Positions 19,485-31,500 of a stretch of 54,699 nucleotides of DNA are shown in pieces. The position numbers and the translations under genes are program-made. Position 1 is the first letter of the stretch; each line of letters begins with the position of its first letter. Source of the DNA: a virus. Its lineage: Duplodnaviria > Caudoviricetes. The notes beneath the pieces were generated by a model. The model saw nothing but the letters and a program-made list of their open reading frames with translations, was not told the origin of the DNA and made no database searches. The DNA is taken from positions 1 to 54,699 of the IMG/VR virus record IMGVR_UViG_3300009124_000016. One strand, written 5' to 3'.

Positions 19485-19818
19485 AAGAAATTAATTGTCC
19501 ATTTATAAGGTGAATTATTTGCCGTGGGAATGGTGAATATTTACAATCCCACGTAGCAGGATACACTTCGATATACTTAGTAATCTCTGTTGGTCTGATT
19601 TTACCATGATTTCCGTTTGGTGTCAAACGATATCCAAACAATTCGTTATCATCCATGATATAGTCAGTAGTACCAGAATAATCGATCTCAAAAAGTCTCC
19701 CCTTGGGATCTAACCAATACTCAGTCATAAAATTTTCCAGACTTTTTGTCTGCAATTCTCTATTCAAAAAACCAGGACCTAAGTCAAAGTTGCATCTAAT
19801 AGTATCGAACATACCCAT
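19462..19818 (-). CDS. Conserved phage hypothetical protein
   Basis: MGMFDTIRC...QTKSL motif, GGAGG SD and sigma70 promoter upstream. Confidence 0.7.
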   Translation of the reverse strand: MGMFDTIRCNFDLGPGFLNRELQTKSLENFMTEYWLDPKGRLFEIDYSGTTDYIMDDNELFGYRLTPNGNHGKIRPTEITKYIEVYPATWDCKYSPFPRQIIHLINGQLISYEASIRN

Positions 19819-19836
19819 TTGAACCTCCACAGAGTT

Positions 19837-19865
19837 ATTTTACTGAGGTTTGTCAGATTTGTCAA
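19837..19865 (-). promoter_or_regulatory. Sigma70-type (early) promoter
   Basis: TTGACA-N17-TAAAAT ahead of the small-gene/tRNA cluster. Confidence 0.75.
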
Positions 19866-19868
19866 CCC

Positions 19869-20933
19869 TCAATTGAGAAGAATCGCCTTACCAACAACTT
19901 TAACAAGTGCTGTGCCATCTATATTGACAGCGACCTTCGCGGTTTGATTGATTGCTCCTATTTTAGAGTTCAGATCAAGATCCTGATCTGCATCAACTTT
20001 AAATGATGTTTTGCCACCACCTGCTCCAATTTCTGTTAGATATGTTTCTAACTGTTCAATAGGAATTAATGTTTTACCGCCCACGTAAATTTTCTTCTTG
20101 CCTTCAATTTTCTCGTCAGCATTTCCTTTAGCAGTCTGAAAGATGCTCTTCTGAGAACTTAGAGCATAGTTTCCAGATGTATTGATAGCGTAATCACCCT
20201 TGACACCAAGTTCGTAGTTACCATTGATAACATAACTGAGACTACCAGGCGTTTCAATGCTAACTTTTGCTCCTGGTTTTCTTTGTTCAGTCTTTACTTC
20301 ACCGCCACCTTCGCTATACTCACCGACTGACAATCTCTTCCTTAGAGTTCCGCCAGCGATAAGAGTTTGTGCTGCATTGATATTGCAATTTCCTTTGGAA
20401 TCTACTATAATATTTTCTCCACTTGTCAATGTAAGAGTGCTTGCTGCATTCAAAGAAATATTATTTGCTCTCATTCCAATGTCTCCACCGACAGATTCAA
20501 TGGCAACGTCACCATAAACAGTGAGAGAGTAAGCAGGTTTCTTTACAGTTTCTGTATCACCACTAGAACCTTCTGCATCTTCTTCTTGATCATCGTTACC
20601 AGTTATTTCAATGGCAACAGAATGAAACTTTTCAATTTTTTCATCACCTTTAACAATCGCTTTACCACCACAACCTCCTAAAGGTTTGCCAGTGGTCATA
20701 ATCATATTACCTGCTTGATCAAAATGGAAAGCACTCTTACCGTTTGTTAAAATAAATCCTTGAGTGCCATCTTGTTCATTCTCATAGACACCCATCGTCC
20801 ATCCCTTTTCTTTGAAGATGGTTGTAAATTTATCTACACCAGGGGCTAAAGCAGGTGCGTCTCCTCCTGTAGGTTTTGATGCTGTTTTTCCGTCATTGGG
20901 GTTTGAACCCGCTACTGGTTTATTACTAGACAT
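19869..20933 (-). CDS. gp5 C-terminal-like beta-helix spike protein
   Basis: V.G.....V.G repeats, ends 'VVGKAILLN'. TAATG coupling to gp5. Confidence 0.65.
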   Translation of the reverse strand: MSSNKPVAGSNPNDGKTASKPTGGDAPALAPGVDKFTTIFKEKGWTMGVYENEQDGTQGFILTNGKSAFHFDQAGNMIMTTGKPLGGCGGKAIVKGDEKIEKFHSVAIEITGNDDQEEDAEGSSGDTETVKKPAYSLTVYGDVAIESVGGDIGMRANNISLNAASTLTLTSGENIIVDSKGNCNINAAQTLIAGGTLRKRLSVGEYSEGGGEVKTEQRKPGAKVSIETPGSLSYVINGNYELGVKGDYAINTSGNYALSSQKSIFQTAKGNADEKIEGKKKIYVGGKTLIPIEQLETYLTEIGAGGGKTSFKVDADQDLDLNSKIGAINQTAKVAVNIDGTALVKVVGKAILLN

Positions 20934-23900
20934 TAGGGACAATCAATATACTTACCAGTTCCGATAGAGGCATATCCTCTACGTTCTAGATCCTTATTAT
21001 CTAGGCAAGATAGATTAGCTAAGAATCTAGCGCCATATCCATTACCACCTACAATAAGAACTTTTGGAACACTTGTAAATGCTAGAGTTCTGTCCTTAAT
21101 TCTAATGTCAGTAACAAAACCATCTTCAATAATTGCTTCTGCAATAGTATCATCACCATCAACATATACTGTTGGTGTAGATGTATATCCACTTCCAGGT
21201 CTTAGCATGGTGAATGATGTGACAATACAAGTAGTTTGCTCTTCTGGTGGAGAAGACTTATATCCAATTCCAGTTCTAGTTAATTTGACATTCGTTAGGT
21301 AACCATTTGCATCTAGTTCTGGGATTGCTGCTGCACCATATCCTGCACCACCAATAATAACGGCAGGGGGATTTTGATAAGGGCAACCAAAATCATCAAC
21401 TGTTACACTAAGAAGTCTTCCATTGCTGTCTGTAGTTGCTTTAGCAGTTGGTTTTGTCAGACATCTAACAACTGGTGCTGTTGTAGGAGCAGTTGGTTGT
21501 TGCTGACCTAAAATTACAACATCAGCAAAACTTGAAGTTCCGACGATCTGGAACCTAACGGTTTCATTAAATTCAATTACATTGTCATCAGCTAATAAAA
21601 CATTTACAACTGCTCTATTTGATGTAACAGTAAACTTATCTTTTAAAGTTCTAAGTACGAAATCATCTTTTGTTACGTTAGTTCCAAACAATGTATATTC
21701 TAAAATAGAACCATCAGGGACATTAGTAGTTACAATAGTATATTGGATGTTATCTCCCTCGTCATACTGTAACTTATCCGTGGTTATTGTATATGTTGGA
21801 CTTGTAGCAGGTGTTACTGTTGGTAATGCAGGATCTTGTAAAACAACATCAACTGATGCTGTAGTATTGTCTACAGTACAAGTAAGAACTTCGTTTCCTT
21901 CAATAGATCCATCATCAACTGTTACAACTGTAAATGTTCCTACATTACTGTTAATGGTTACAGATCCTGTCAAAGATTTTGGTATAAAATCATCTGATGT
22001 GATGTTGACACCAGATAAAGTGTAACCTACAGATGTTCCATCAGCAACGTTTCTTGTATTAATTGTGTATGTAATTAGATCACCTTCAGTTGCTGTAGTT
22101 TTATCTGCAGATATGCTATAATTTGGTGCTGTGCTTGTTCCAGCATTGATTGTCACTGAAGCATTTGCATTAGTATTATCAATACTAAACAGCAACACTT
22201 CTGCCGTAGTATCATTATCTGTTGCAGTTTTGATATCAACAGTTGCAGTGCTGTTTTGAATAGTGAAAGTTCCTGTCAATCCACTACCATCTAGATCATT
22301 TGCTTGAATTCCACTGAGTGTATATCCTAGTGTGGTGTTATCAGGAACACCGTTTGTTGTGATTGTAAACGTGATTGTTTCTCCTTCATCAGCAAAAGCT
22401 TTATTTGCACTAACAGAATATGAAATATACTGAGTAGGAGTTGATGGAACATATGCTCCAGGAATTGGTTGAGGTTTTGTATTATTATTACCACCGCCAC
22501 CAATTGTTGGGGGTGTTGTAGGAACCAATGGAATATTAGGTACAGGTGGAGGTGGAGTTTCTGTGTCTGTAAGAGGTGTTGTTGGGGGTGGTGTTGAAGT
22601 TAATGGAGTGTTAGTTTGTTCTCTAATTATACAGACAAACTTCTTACCATCTGGGAATACAATATCTGTACCATCAATGTCATTTAGTTTTTGAATAGTA
22701 ATGTAAAATTCTTCTAAATCATCAGAAACAGAATCTGAGTAAGTGTTGTAAACAATTTTCTTTTCTGCCTCTCCAGGTGCAAATGCTAGAGTTCCAGTTC
22801 CTAGAGATGTAGCACCATTGTATGCAATATCATAATCTAATCCTTGGGTTGCTGTATCATCTACTGTATATACAGTTAAAGCAGAAGAAACATTAATGTC
22901 TCCTGTTCGTTTGATTGTAAAAATAGCATCTTGTCCCTCAATTACTTCAATGTCTGCACAAGTATATGAAATCTGTTTTTGAGTTGGTATGAAAACACCA
23001 CCAACAAATGTTACAGTGGTATCTTCCTCATCTGGATATTCTGTTGCTTCAGTGCAGACAGAGTTGCTGAAATCTAAATTACCATCTTCAACTGCTTCGA
23101 TCAATTTATCTAGATCATCTTCATTATCACTGGAGCTTGTACAGTCGGTGCATGTAACCTGAATTTTCTCGCATTGTACATCGGGTCCTGTACAAACTAA
23201 ACCCAATAGATCTGTTACTTTCTTGAGTGCATTGCCAATAATGTTACCGATACCAGCAACAGCACCTAGAATTGCTTCTAGGGGTTCTAATAAAGCACTA
23301 ATAGCATCATCAATAAGACCAAAGATTTGACTTAAAATATTATTGACAATTTCATTGATCAAACATGTTGCTGCACTATATGCTTCATTCAAGAACTTGA
23401 GGAGCAAATCTGTGATATACTGAGAAATTCTGTCAGTAATATCTTCAAACTTACAACCAAGATCTTTTACAGCATTGTCTAACCACTCTTGGACTTCTTT
23501 TAGTCTAGATTCTTTTGGTTTAATTGTAGGATGACCTCTTTGTCCAGTGATATCCTCTAGAATACTTTGAAATCCTTCATCTGCTGCATCAATACTTGCT
23601 TGATCACCAGTCTTCAAAGCATCACTTAAAGCTTTTGAGGCTTCTTCAACTAATTCTTTTTGCTCATCCGTTAGTTCTTGATCAATATCATCAGGAACAA
23701 TTGGTCTTTCAGGTTCGTATAGCAAAGTATCTACAATAGATGTGACACCATCTCTCAATACTGTGATAACTTCTCCTTTCGCTCTCGCGATAGAACTATT
23801 GATAAGTCTTTTTACTCTACCAATATGATATTTTCCCTGATCAATATGACTGTATAGTTCACCATTTACCTTACTGACGTAGTAGTCACCTAGTTGACCA

Positions 23901-24619
23901 CCAGAATTCTGGTTTGCTGCTAACATCTCACCGATGATGTGAGTGAGGTTACTGTTTAAGTTCTTTTCTGCTCCACAGTTAGGATTAGCAACTACAACAC
24001 AGAATTGTCCACCCGTGGGGTTAGTTTCTGAATTCTTTTTGAATGCTGCTGATACTGCTGGTGGTAATCCTCCTTTCTCGGATGCTCTTTGAGAAGCAAC
24101 AGGTTGTGCTCCAGTTGTAACTGAATCTTCTTCATATCCAGTTTCATTATCTGAAGATGCTGTAGGTTTACCATTGTCTGCTTCTGCAAAATCTGTAGAA
24201 GGATTTGCTTCAGGTGAAATGTATCTGGTTAAATTCTTTGCGGTGCCACCTGGGTCTGGATCATCACCAACAATTTTTGTAGATCCTGGGGTGTGAGGAA
24301 TAGATCCCATGATAATTGGTTTCTGTTTGTCATTGTCCATATAGAAACCAATGACCCAGTTACCAGGGTTTAGATTTGATGATGCACCTGTTTCACCACC
24401 ATCACTGTATGGTGTAGTGACAGGCATCATAGTATATGCCCATGGTAAAGATTCCGTAGCAACTACAGTTGCATCTCTAAGATGTTCACCTACAATACGT
24501 ACTTGTACTCTTCCGCCTTTCTTAGGATCTTTAATATTTTCAACCTGCCCAATCCACCAGGAGAAACCGTCGCTCCCGATTTTATTGATAGGAAATAATG
24601 ATGATAAAATGGGATCCAT
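20933..24619 (-). CDS. gp5: Baseplate hub subunit gp5-like (OB-fold) with Calx-beta/Ig-like repeats
   Basis: WWIGQVE...DP..GRVQVRIVG.H....LPWA..P....GNWVIGFYMD..QKPIIMG is the gp5 OB-fold. Calx-beta-like VIEG..A.FTIKR.G. C-terminus YIDCP. Confidence 0.85.
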   Translation of the reverse strand: MDPILSSLFPINKIGSDGFSWWIGQVENIKDPKKGGRVQVRIVGEHLRDATVVATESLPWAYTMMPVTTPYSDGGETGASSNLNPGNWVIGFYMDNDKQKPIIMGSIPHTPGSTKIVGDDPDPGGTAKNLTRYISPEANPSTDFAEADNGKPTASSDNETGYEEDSVTTGAQPVASQRASEKGGLPPAVSAAFKKNSETNPTGGQFCVVVANPNCGAEKNLNSNLTHIIGEMLAANQNSGGQLGDYYVSKVNGELYSHIDQGKYHIGRVKRLINSSIARAKGEVITVLRDGVTSIVDTLLYEPERPIVPDDIDQELTDEQKELVEEASKALSDALKTGDQASIDAADEGFQSILEDITGQRGHPTIKPKESRLKEVQEWLDNAVKDLGCKFEDITDRISQYITDLLLKFLNEAYSAATCLINEIVNNILSQIFGLIDDAISALLEPLEAILGAVAGIGNIIGNALKKVTDLLGLVCTGPDVQCEKIQVTCTDCTSSSDNEDDLDKLIEAVEDGNLDFSNSVCTEATEYPDEEDTTVTFVGGVFIPTQKQISYTCADIEVIEGQDAIFTIKRTGDINVSSALTVYTVDDTATQGLDYDIAYNGATSLGTGTLAFAPGEAEKKIVYNTYSDSVSDDLEEFYITIQKLNDIDGTDIVFPDGKKFVCIIREQTNTPLTSTPPPTTPLTDTETPPPPVPNIPLVPTTPPTIGGGGNNNTKPQPIPGAYVPSTPTQYISYSVSANKAFADEGETITFTITTNGVPDNTTLGYTLSGIQANDLDGSGLTGTFTIQNSTATVDIKTATDNDTTAEVLLFSIDNTNANASVTINAGTSTAPNYSISADKTTATEGDLITYTINTRNVADGTSVGYTLSGVNITSDDFIPKSLTGSVTINSNVGTFTVVTVDDGSIEGNEVLTCTVDNTTASVDVVLQDPALPTVTPATSPTYTITTDKLQYDEGDNIQYTIVTTNVPDGSILEYTLFGTNVTKDDFVLRTLKDKFTVTSNRAVVNVLLADDNVIEFNETVRFQIVGTSSFADVVILGQQQPTAPTTAPVVRCLTKPTAKATTDSNGRLLSVTVDDFGCPYQNPPAVIIGGAGYGAAAIPELDANGYLTNVKLTRTGIGYKSSPPEEQTTCIVTSFTMLRPGSGYTSTPTVYVDGDDTIAEAIIEDGFVTDIRIKDRTLAFTSVPKVLIVGGNGYGARFLANLSCLDNKDLERRGYASIGTGKYIDCP

Positions 24620-24641
24620 GTAGGCACAGATTTTTTACTAT

Positions 24642-26051
24642 TTATTTGACGTTTGAAGCACTTTCTTCGGTGCCGTATGTATCTCTAATTAGAGTTAGGA
24701 ATGATACGCCGACTTCATTTTTTGATTCTACGACATGATTAATTTTTGAGATCAGATATGTTCCACTATGCTCAGTATCGTATGGATCTGCAGTTCTATT
24801 GGCAGATGGGATTTGGTTAGGAATATAGATGTTAATTTTGTCTCCCACTCCCAATTGGAAGTTGCCAGTGATTTTAATTTCTACTTGCTGGTTTGCAACT
24901 GTATGTGATCTTGCAATACTTTGCATCAGATAGTGCTTTTGGAAGTCAGGATAATCTGGATTAGATGATCCACCATCTTCTTCATCAGGAGATCCAATAG
25001 TTGCCTCACTGTTCCAGGTTTCGTGATCTGTCAACACACTCATCACTCTAGTTGGGTATTTTGACAGTTCTTTTTGTCCAATAGGAAGTCCTGCCTGACT
25101 GCCAAGATGCGTCAGACTATCATAACTATCTGCTAATGAATAGACATGCTCATCATACTTCCCCGTGCTAAAATCATATGTACACAAAACAGATGAGAAT
25201 GCTCCCATTCTTAGTTTAGATAAAATGTCAATTTCATTATTAAATGTGATATCAACAATCTTTTGGTTTGCTGAATGCTGTCCTTCGTTTGGTTCTAGGT
25301 AGTAACTAGGGTATTCTTTTTCCCCCTCACTTTTGAATAGTGTCTCTAAAGATTTGAAATGATATCCAGTTCTAGTTTCATAGAAAAGATACCCAGCAGT
25401 TCCGCCTGCTTTCTTATAATCAGTATTTTCAACACCACCTAAATCTGATGATGCTGTAGTCAGAACACCTGTTTCATTTTTGAACTTTGGAAGCTTTGCA
25501 GATGTAACAGTCTTTGGTTCTGATGCACCATAAACAGATCTTGTTTTTACATAATCAATAACACTGAATGGTGATCTCTTTGGGATATGAAATTTTGTTT
25601 TGAATAGTGTAGGATCTAGACTTAGTGTCTTCTGGGTGTTCAACTTCTGAAGCATTGCTCCTACAATATTCTCTGGTCTTTCGGCAACTGTAGCAGCAAT
25701 CTTAATACTCTCGTTAATTAGTGCTTCCTCGGAATATAAGACCAAGACGTATGCTTGAAATCTTTGTCCTTGGAACCTATTCATGATACGATTGACACGG
25801 AAAATATATGTAAACTCTCCGTCTCCATTTTCCACTTCAATTTCAATTTTTTCAAATCCTTGGATGGGAAATGAAGATACGATGTTTTCACCGCTATCTG
25901 ATAGCATCAACTTTGCATGAGTAGATGGTTTGTTTATATCTTCAAAATAATCAAATCTTTCGATCAAGTTGATAATATCTTTCGACCTTGTTCCATCTGG
26001 AGATGACAAGATACATGAAATAATTTTAGCGTCGGATGCGTAAGTGGTCAT
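24642..26051 (-). CDS. Baseplate hub/tail protein (gp27-like)
   Basis: YFEDI..P, PIQGFEKI, YLFYET..GYHFKSL, SGTYLISKINH motifs. Upstream of gp5. Confidence 0.65.
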   Translation of the reverse strand: MTTYASDAKIISCILSSPDGTRSKDIINLIERFDYFEDINKPSTHAKLMLSDSGENIVSSFPIQGFEKIEIEVENGDGEFTYIFRVNRIMNRFQGQRFQAYVLVLYSEEALINESIKIAATVAERPENIVGAMLQKLNTQKTLSLDPTLFKTKFHIPKRSPFSVIDYVKTRSVYGASEPKTVTSAKLPKFKNETGVLTTASSDLGGVENTDYKKAGGTAGYLFYETRTGYHFKSLETLFKSEGEKEYPSYYLEPNEGQHSANQKIVDITFNNEIDILSKLRMGAFSSVLCTYDFSTGKYDEHVYSLADSYDSLTHLGSQAGLPIGQKELSKYPTRVMSVLTDHETWNSEATIGSPDEEDGGSSNPDYPDFQKHYLMQSIARSHTVANQQVEIKITGNFQLGVGDKINIYIPNQIPSANRTADPYDTEHSGTYLISKINHVVESKNEVGVSFLTLIRDTYGTEESASNVK

Positions 26052-28525
26052 TAGGTTGGAATTCCATCTCTAGGATATAGACTATTGATATTACTATCTT
26101 CGTGTCCTCTATTTGGTAGTGCTTGTTCACCAGATTGCTTAGAAGATGATCTATTGTTTTGTTGTGTATCACCTATATTTAACATCGCAATAGAAGGTTC
26201 TGCTGATTGACCAGATCTAGGTCTTTGATATGAAACTTCTTGATCTCTTCTTTGCTCAGGTGGTTCTATCGATGGTTCAGATTTAACACGGAACTCTGGT
26301 GCAAGTCTAAATCCACTATAACCATCTTCTCGTGATGATGAGATAATTTGATTTGCTTCACGAAGACTAATAGGTTCTGCATCAGCAGCACCCAGTTCAT
26401 TGGTTTTGTAAATCTCTTGTCCCATTCTAACAATAGTGTTAGGATCATTGTGTTCAATATCATATTCAGGAATACTATCTAATGTGAGATCTCCACCAGC
26501 AGGAGGTGGTGATGTAGAAGCTGCTTGATATGCTTGTAAATTTTGTTGATATCTTTGAGCAGCACCTGTTGTATGAGTATTAGGTTGACTGCCGCCTGGG
26601 AGTGATGGCCATCCAAGATCTTTGGATAGTTTGGGGAACACCTCACTCTCAAGATTTCCAGATTTAAGTGCCTGAAGCATTCCTGCTTCACCATCACCAC
26701 CACCACCTGCTGTCCATACTTGTGTCATGAAGTTTCTCATAATCTTAGTCTGGTTTTCCATTGAGAACTTATCTTTCGATGGATCTAAACCAGCATCAAT
26801 TGCTCTTTGACGTAGGTAACTAGAGTGCATCTGGAATGCACCCAAAGCACCAGTTTCAGACTTTCCTTCATTGATCAATCGATTAGCAACTACAAGTGCC
26901 TCATCGATGGTCATATCTTCTAGACCAGCATATGATCCATGACCTTGAATAGAATCTACTACACCCTCACCGCCAGAAATTGTTGACATCAATGCTTTGA
27001 TCTCTGCTGGTGCATCTCCAGGTAGTAATGTTCCTGGTCCTCTACGACCATTATTGATGCGGTTTGTCAGACCTTCTAAAAGTCCACCAAACCCCTCAAA
27101 CATCTTTTCAAATAAGTTCTTATTGTCTCCTCCGTCTTCACCACCTTCGGGAGTAGATTTCTTATTTGAAGATGATACACCACCAACTGCTTTTTGAATA
27201 AATCCTGGTGGCAGTCCAAATATAGATGCGATAGGTCTCATCAACGAAAGAGTATCACTTCTAATTCCATCTTGTTCACTACCAAATGATTTCAAATATT
27301 CAGAAGTTGTTGAAAGTAATGATGCACCAGTTGCAAGGAATGGCATCTCCATTGCCTCCACCAATGCCTCGTTCATATATTGGTTCTTATTTCCACCTAG
27401 ATTTACCTGAGTTTGTTGTGGTGATGTAACCTTGGTAGTATTCAGGGTCAGATTAGTGACAGGAGTAACTCCTGGGGTCCTAGTACCCGCTTCAAATGAT
27501 TGATATGGACTTTTCCTTACCTTTCCATCAACAGCACTTGGAAGACCTCTGGTGTAGTTATTATCGATAGGAACAACCATCTCATTACCATGTAAGGTAA
27601 CGTCATAACCGCTATTTGGACCAGAAAAAATAGCACCTTGCTCTGCCTGTGGTAAAGGTTCTTGAGATACTTGTTTATCTGGAGTTGTATCTACATTTCT
27701 TGGATCTTCTTTCTGTTCGTTTTCTTCGGTAGTAAGATCATCAAATGTTTCTACATCATCCGATCCCACTCGAACACTTTCTAATTTATTCTCTGCAGAT
27801 TTATCTTCTGCTTTGTCAATAGTTTGTTTAGTAAACTGCGTCTGGTTTTGGATTGCCGCAGCAATATCATCCAGTTTACTTTCTAGTGTAGAAGTTCTAT
27901 GCTTTAGTTGCTCTGCTAGTTCTGTTTGTGTAGAGGCAACCTTGCCGATGCTATCAGCAGATCTCTGTGAACTATCACTAATCGACTGTGTAATCCTTTC
28001 CAAAGAAAGGACTAGTTCTCTAAGATGCTGGAATAGTTCTTCCTTCGATACTTTACCAGAACCTCTAGTTGCTTTGGTTACTTTTTGAGCAGAACCTTCC
28101 GCTACAGGAGTAGTTGGTGTTGCTTCAGATGGTTTTTGTGATGGATCATCAATTACAGCAGTATAATCAAATTGTGCTCTAAATCTTTGTAGAGAACTTG
28201 TTTTCTTTTGTTTCTTAAATACTTTCCAAAAATTTTCTCTGGGATTTTTTAGAAGTTTTCCTCTTTCTACGAGATTGTTTAGATCTTCCTTCTTGCTGGC
28301 GATTGCATCTCCGCCAAACTGGTGTCCTAATGCTTTCTTGAAAAAATAACCTTTCTCTACACCTGCCTCATCTAGTGAGGTATCATTCTTTTCTGCAATT
28401 TTTTCAGCATATTGTCTCTCATTCTCTGCCATTTCTCTGGCAGCAAGAATTCTACGAATAGCAGATCCAATAGGATTAGCGCCATCGCCGCCAGTATATT
28501 GAAATCCTTGTGTTCCGCGACCCAT
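26051..28525 (-). CDS. Tape-measure/hub-like virion protein with a lysozyme-like domain
   Basis: Coiled-coil N-half, SGPNSGY.VTLHG.E.VVP motif, lysozyme-like 'ALMSTISGGEG..GAFQ..FSMENQ..W.SLPG'. Confidence 0.65.
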   Translation of the reverse strand: MGRGTQGFQYTGGDGANPIGSAIRRILAAREMAENERQYAEKIAEKNDTSLDEAGVEKGYFFKKALGHQFGGDAIASKKEDLNNLVERGKLLKNPRENFWKVFKKQKKTSSLQRFRAQFDYTAVIDDPSQKPSEATPTTPVAEGSAQKVTKATRGSGKVSKEELFQHLRELVLSLERITQSISDSSQRSADSIGKVASTQTELAEQLKHRTSTLESKLDDIAAAIQNQTQFTKQTIDKAEDKSAENKLESVRVGSDDVETFDDLTTEENEQKEDPRNVDTTPDKQVSQEPLPQAEQGAIFSGPNSGYDVTLHGNEMVVPIDNNYTRGLPSAVDGKVRKSPYQSFEAGTRTPGVTPVTNLTLNTTKVTSPQQTQVNLGGNKNQYMNEALVEAMEMPFLATGASLLSTTSEYLKSFGSEQDGIRSDTLSLMRPIASIFGLPPGFIQKAVGGVSSSNKKSTPEGGEDGGDNKNLFEKMFEGFGGLLEGLTNRINNGRRGPGTLLPGDAPAEIKALMSTISGGEGVVDSIQGHGSYAGLEDMTIDEALVVANRLINEGKSETGALGAFQMHSSYLRQRAIDAGLDPSKDKFSMENQTKIMRNFMTQVWTAGGGGDGEAGMLQALKSGNLESEVFPKLSKDLGWPSLPGGSQPNTHTTGAAQRYQQNLQAYQAASTSPPPAGGDLTLDSIPEYDIEHNDPNTIVRMGQEIYKTNELGAADAEPISLREANQIISSSREDGYSGFRLAPEFRVKSEPSIEPPEQRRDQEVSYQRPRSGQSAEPSIAMLNIGDTQQNNRSSSKQSGEQALPNRGHEDSNINSLYPRDGIPT

Positions 28526-28546
28526 AGAGACCCCTTATTTTCGTAT

Positions 28547-31500
28547 TTATGTTAGTGATAAACGTTGCATTTCAATGTTTGCTTTAGGTTCGCCTACACT
28601 GAAAACAGGTTGTGCAAAATTTACAGGAACTGCTGCTGCTACCATATTATTTAAGAGAATTATCTGCTGAGATTGTTGTTCTCCTTCATCAACATCAAAA
28701 GAAACTAGATCTGCGTTAGCAACCTGCTGTTCTCTCTGTTGTGGTGGTTGTAGATTTGACATTAACTTAACTTCACCACTGCTTGGTAGAGTATATTTTT
28801 TGTTTTGTTCTAAACCAAATCCTGATGGATGATTTTTTCTAATAGCATTGTAAGTTGCTTCACTAATCTCAGTTGCATTTCCATCTTTTCTCTGGAAATA
28901 CTTTCCATTCAAGTAATAATATTCATTTGCACCAACCTTTCCAAATCCCATTGGAGTTCCACTCTGTCCGTTTGGTTGATTGACTAGTTCTTCATGTTTA
29001 GATTTTGCATCTGCATCACTCAAAGGTGCAGGAACTCTATTCTTTGCTTCTGATAGGAACCTAGTGGGATTGACTAGTTTTCCATCTGCATATGCTTCAA
29101 AGTGTAAGTGTGTTTGCTCTGTAGTACCATCAAAGTATCTAAAGAGGTTTCCGATATGCTGACCGCCATACACTTCATCTCCTGCTTTTAGACCTGCTCT
29201 TGGAATAACGTGCAAATATTTGGTTTCAGTTCCATCACCATGATCGATGTGTACAACACCACCAGGACCTCCACCACTATTAGATGCTTCGGTAACTCTT
29301 CCAGTCTTATATGCAACAATTGGTGCTCTAGTGTCTGCTAGTGAATTTTCAGTAACATCAATACCTAGGTGCTTCCTTCCACCACGAGCAGTAGTATTTC
29401 CATATTCTTGTCCAGGTTGTTGTCCTGCCACTGCACTAGAACTTGCCAGTGGCATAAAAGTGTCACCATCGATCTCGCCTGTGTAATAATCAACTACCGA
29501 TAGAGGAGATTGTGTACCACCTGTATTGATAATTTTACTAAGTACTTCTAACTTATCTTTGAAAAACTCTGCTAGTCTTTTACCAAAGTTAGATTTGCTG
29601 TTTAAAATACTCTTCTGACTAGATGATAATCCTGCTTCTGATCCATCATCTTTAATTGACTTTACCTTTTGTTCTACATTTGGGAAAGATCCACCTACGT
29701 TTGTACCAACCATAGTAGGAGATACACCAAATACATCTGCAAGTCTAGAAAGATCAGATCTTAGTTCTCTTGAGACATTGGATCCAGCAGGACCTAATCC
29801 ATTGATGAACGAACTAGTCGATACAATCAAAGAAGAACCAATATCACTGAATGGTGAATCCACCATCTTATCATATTCTTTCTTAGTTCCTACCCATTCA
29901 GCACCGTGTAGTTCTGCTTTTCCTGCTGCAGCATCTCTAGTTCCATACTCATACTGTAACTCTTCTCCAACGATTTCGTTGAAGAATGCTTGCATTGGTT
30001 TACCGTCACCTTGGATCACTGCTCCTAGGTTTGGTTCAATATGCTTTGTGTATGCATCAATATCAATATCCCTGAAAATATCAATGACGCTAAATCCTGC
30101 GCCAATAAAAGGAATTGCACCACCAAGAGATAATGCAGCACCTTTAGGATCTCCCAGAGCAGCTCTAGTAATACCCTCTACAAGACCATATCCAACGTTT
30201 ACTGCTTGTCCAATACCACTAGGAACAGCGTTACCACCAACTTTTACTATACCCTTTCCAATAACTTTTTCTAGTAATTCTTGACCACCTCTCGTGATAA
30301 TTGCTTTTTGAACCCTAGGGTGTGTTAGAGCAGCCTGGAAGATCTTCAATCCACTCTTTGGTTTTACAACATGATCTAGGACAGCAGGAGCAAGAGGTCC
30401 CATGGTGGCAGTCACCAACGATCTTGCCATGGGATTTTTTATTAGGAAATTCCCAGCATCATCCAAGTTGCCAGTAATTGCTCTTGTTACTCCAGGGAGA
30501 GCAATATGTTCAAATCCCGCTGCATATGCTCTAGGGTTCGTAGCAGCACTTGCAGCAGCACTCTGTGCCACTCTAGGTAGTGCTCTTCTAACAATAGATG
30601 TTGCCGCTCTATTTGCAATTGCTCTGGGTGCAACTCTGCTAAGCAGACGCTTTCCTGCCATCCTAGCGAAACGAGCTTTTGCTCTTAATGCTCTAGGAAT
30701 TAGTCGTCTGAGGAGGGGTCTAAGAAGTCGTCTTCCCAAAAATTTGCCCAGTCTTCGTAGAAGTCCCATGGGAATTCCAAGTCCGCCACCTCCACCAGAA
30801 AGATCGTCAAAACCACTAGTTCCCGAACCGTCCCTTCTGTCATCTAACTTATTTTTAGCAGCTTCATCTTCCATCGCATCTAATTGATCCTTCGCTGCCT
30901 GTTGTTGTGCATCAAGGGCAGCGAGGATTGCGTCAAACTTTGCTTCTAACGCTTCATCTTGGTTGGCAATACCCTGATAGGTTGCCATTGTAATTCCAAG
31001 AGATGTCCTAAGTAATTCGTTTTGTTCTTGCAGTCTCTTATCAATGGTTGATAGTTGACTTTGGATTCTGCCAACATTTGAATTTAGGAACGTTAAAATA
31101 CGTTTATTTGAAAAACTTTCTTTCTTTTGCTTCTCTGGTAGTGGTAAATTTGCGTCTGTTCTTCTATTTACCGTTTTAATTAAACTTTCACGCACTCCCT
31201 CAGGCAAATCATCGAACATGTCTGCCGAGATTGCTTTTTGGTTTTCTTGCTGTACATCTTCTAAAACTTCTGTTGCTGCTTGCACCTGTGCTTTGACTTC
31301 TTTCTCATCAGGTGCTGTTTCTTCTACTGCTACAGGAGTAGTTTTCTTTTTCAGAACTTTGTCTCTCAATTCACGAAGACGTGCTTCATCTTCTGCTTCT
31401 TGAATTTTTCTATTGGTTTGTTCACGAAATGGTTTTTCTAGATATTCATCAACCAACCACTTTTGATATGCTTCTAGGTTTTCATATCCCGCTTGAGCAC

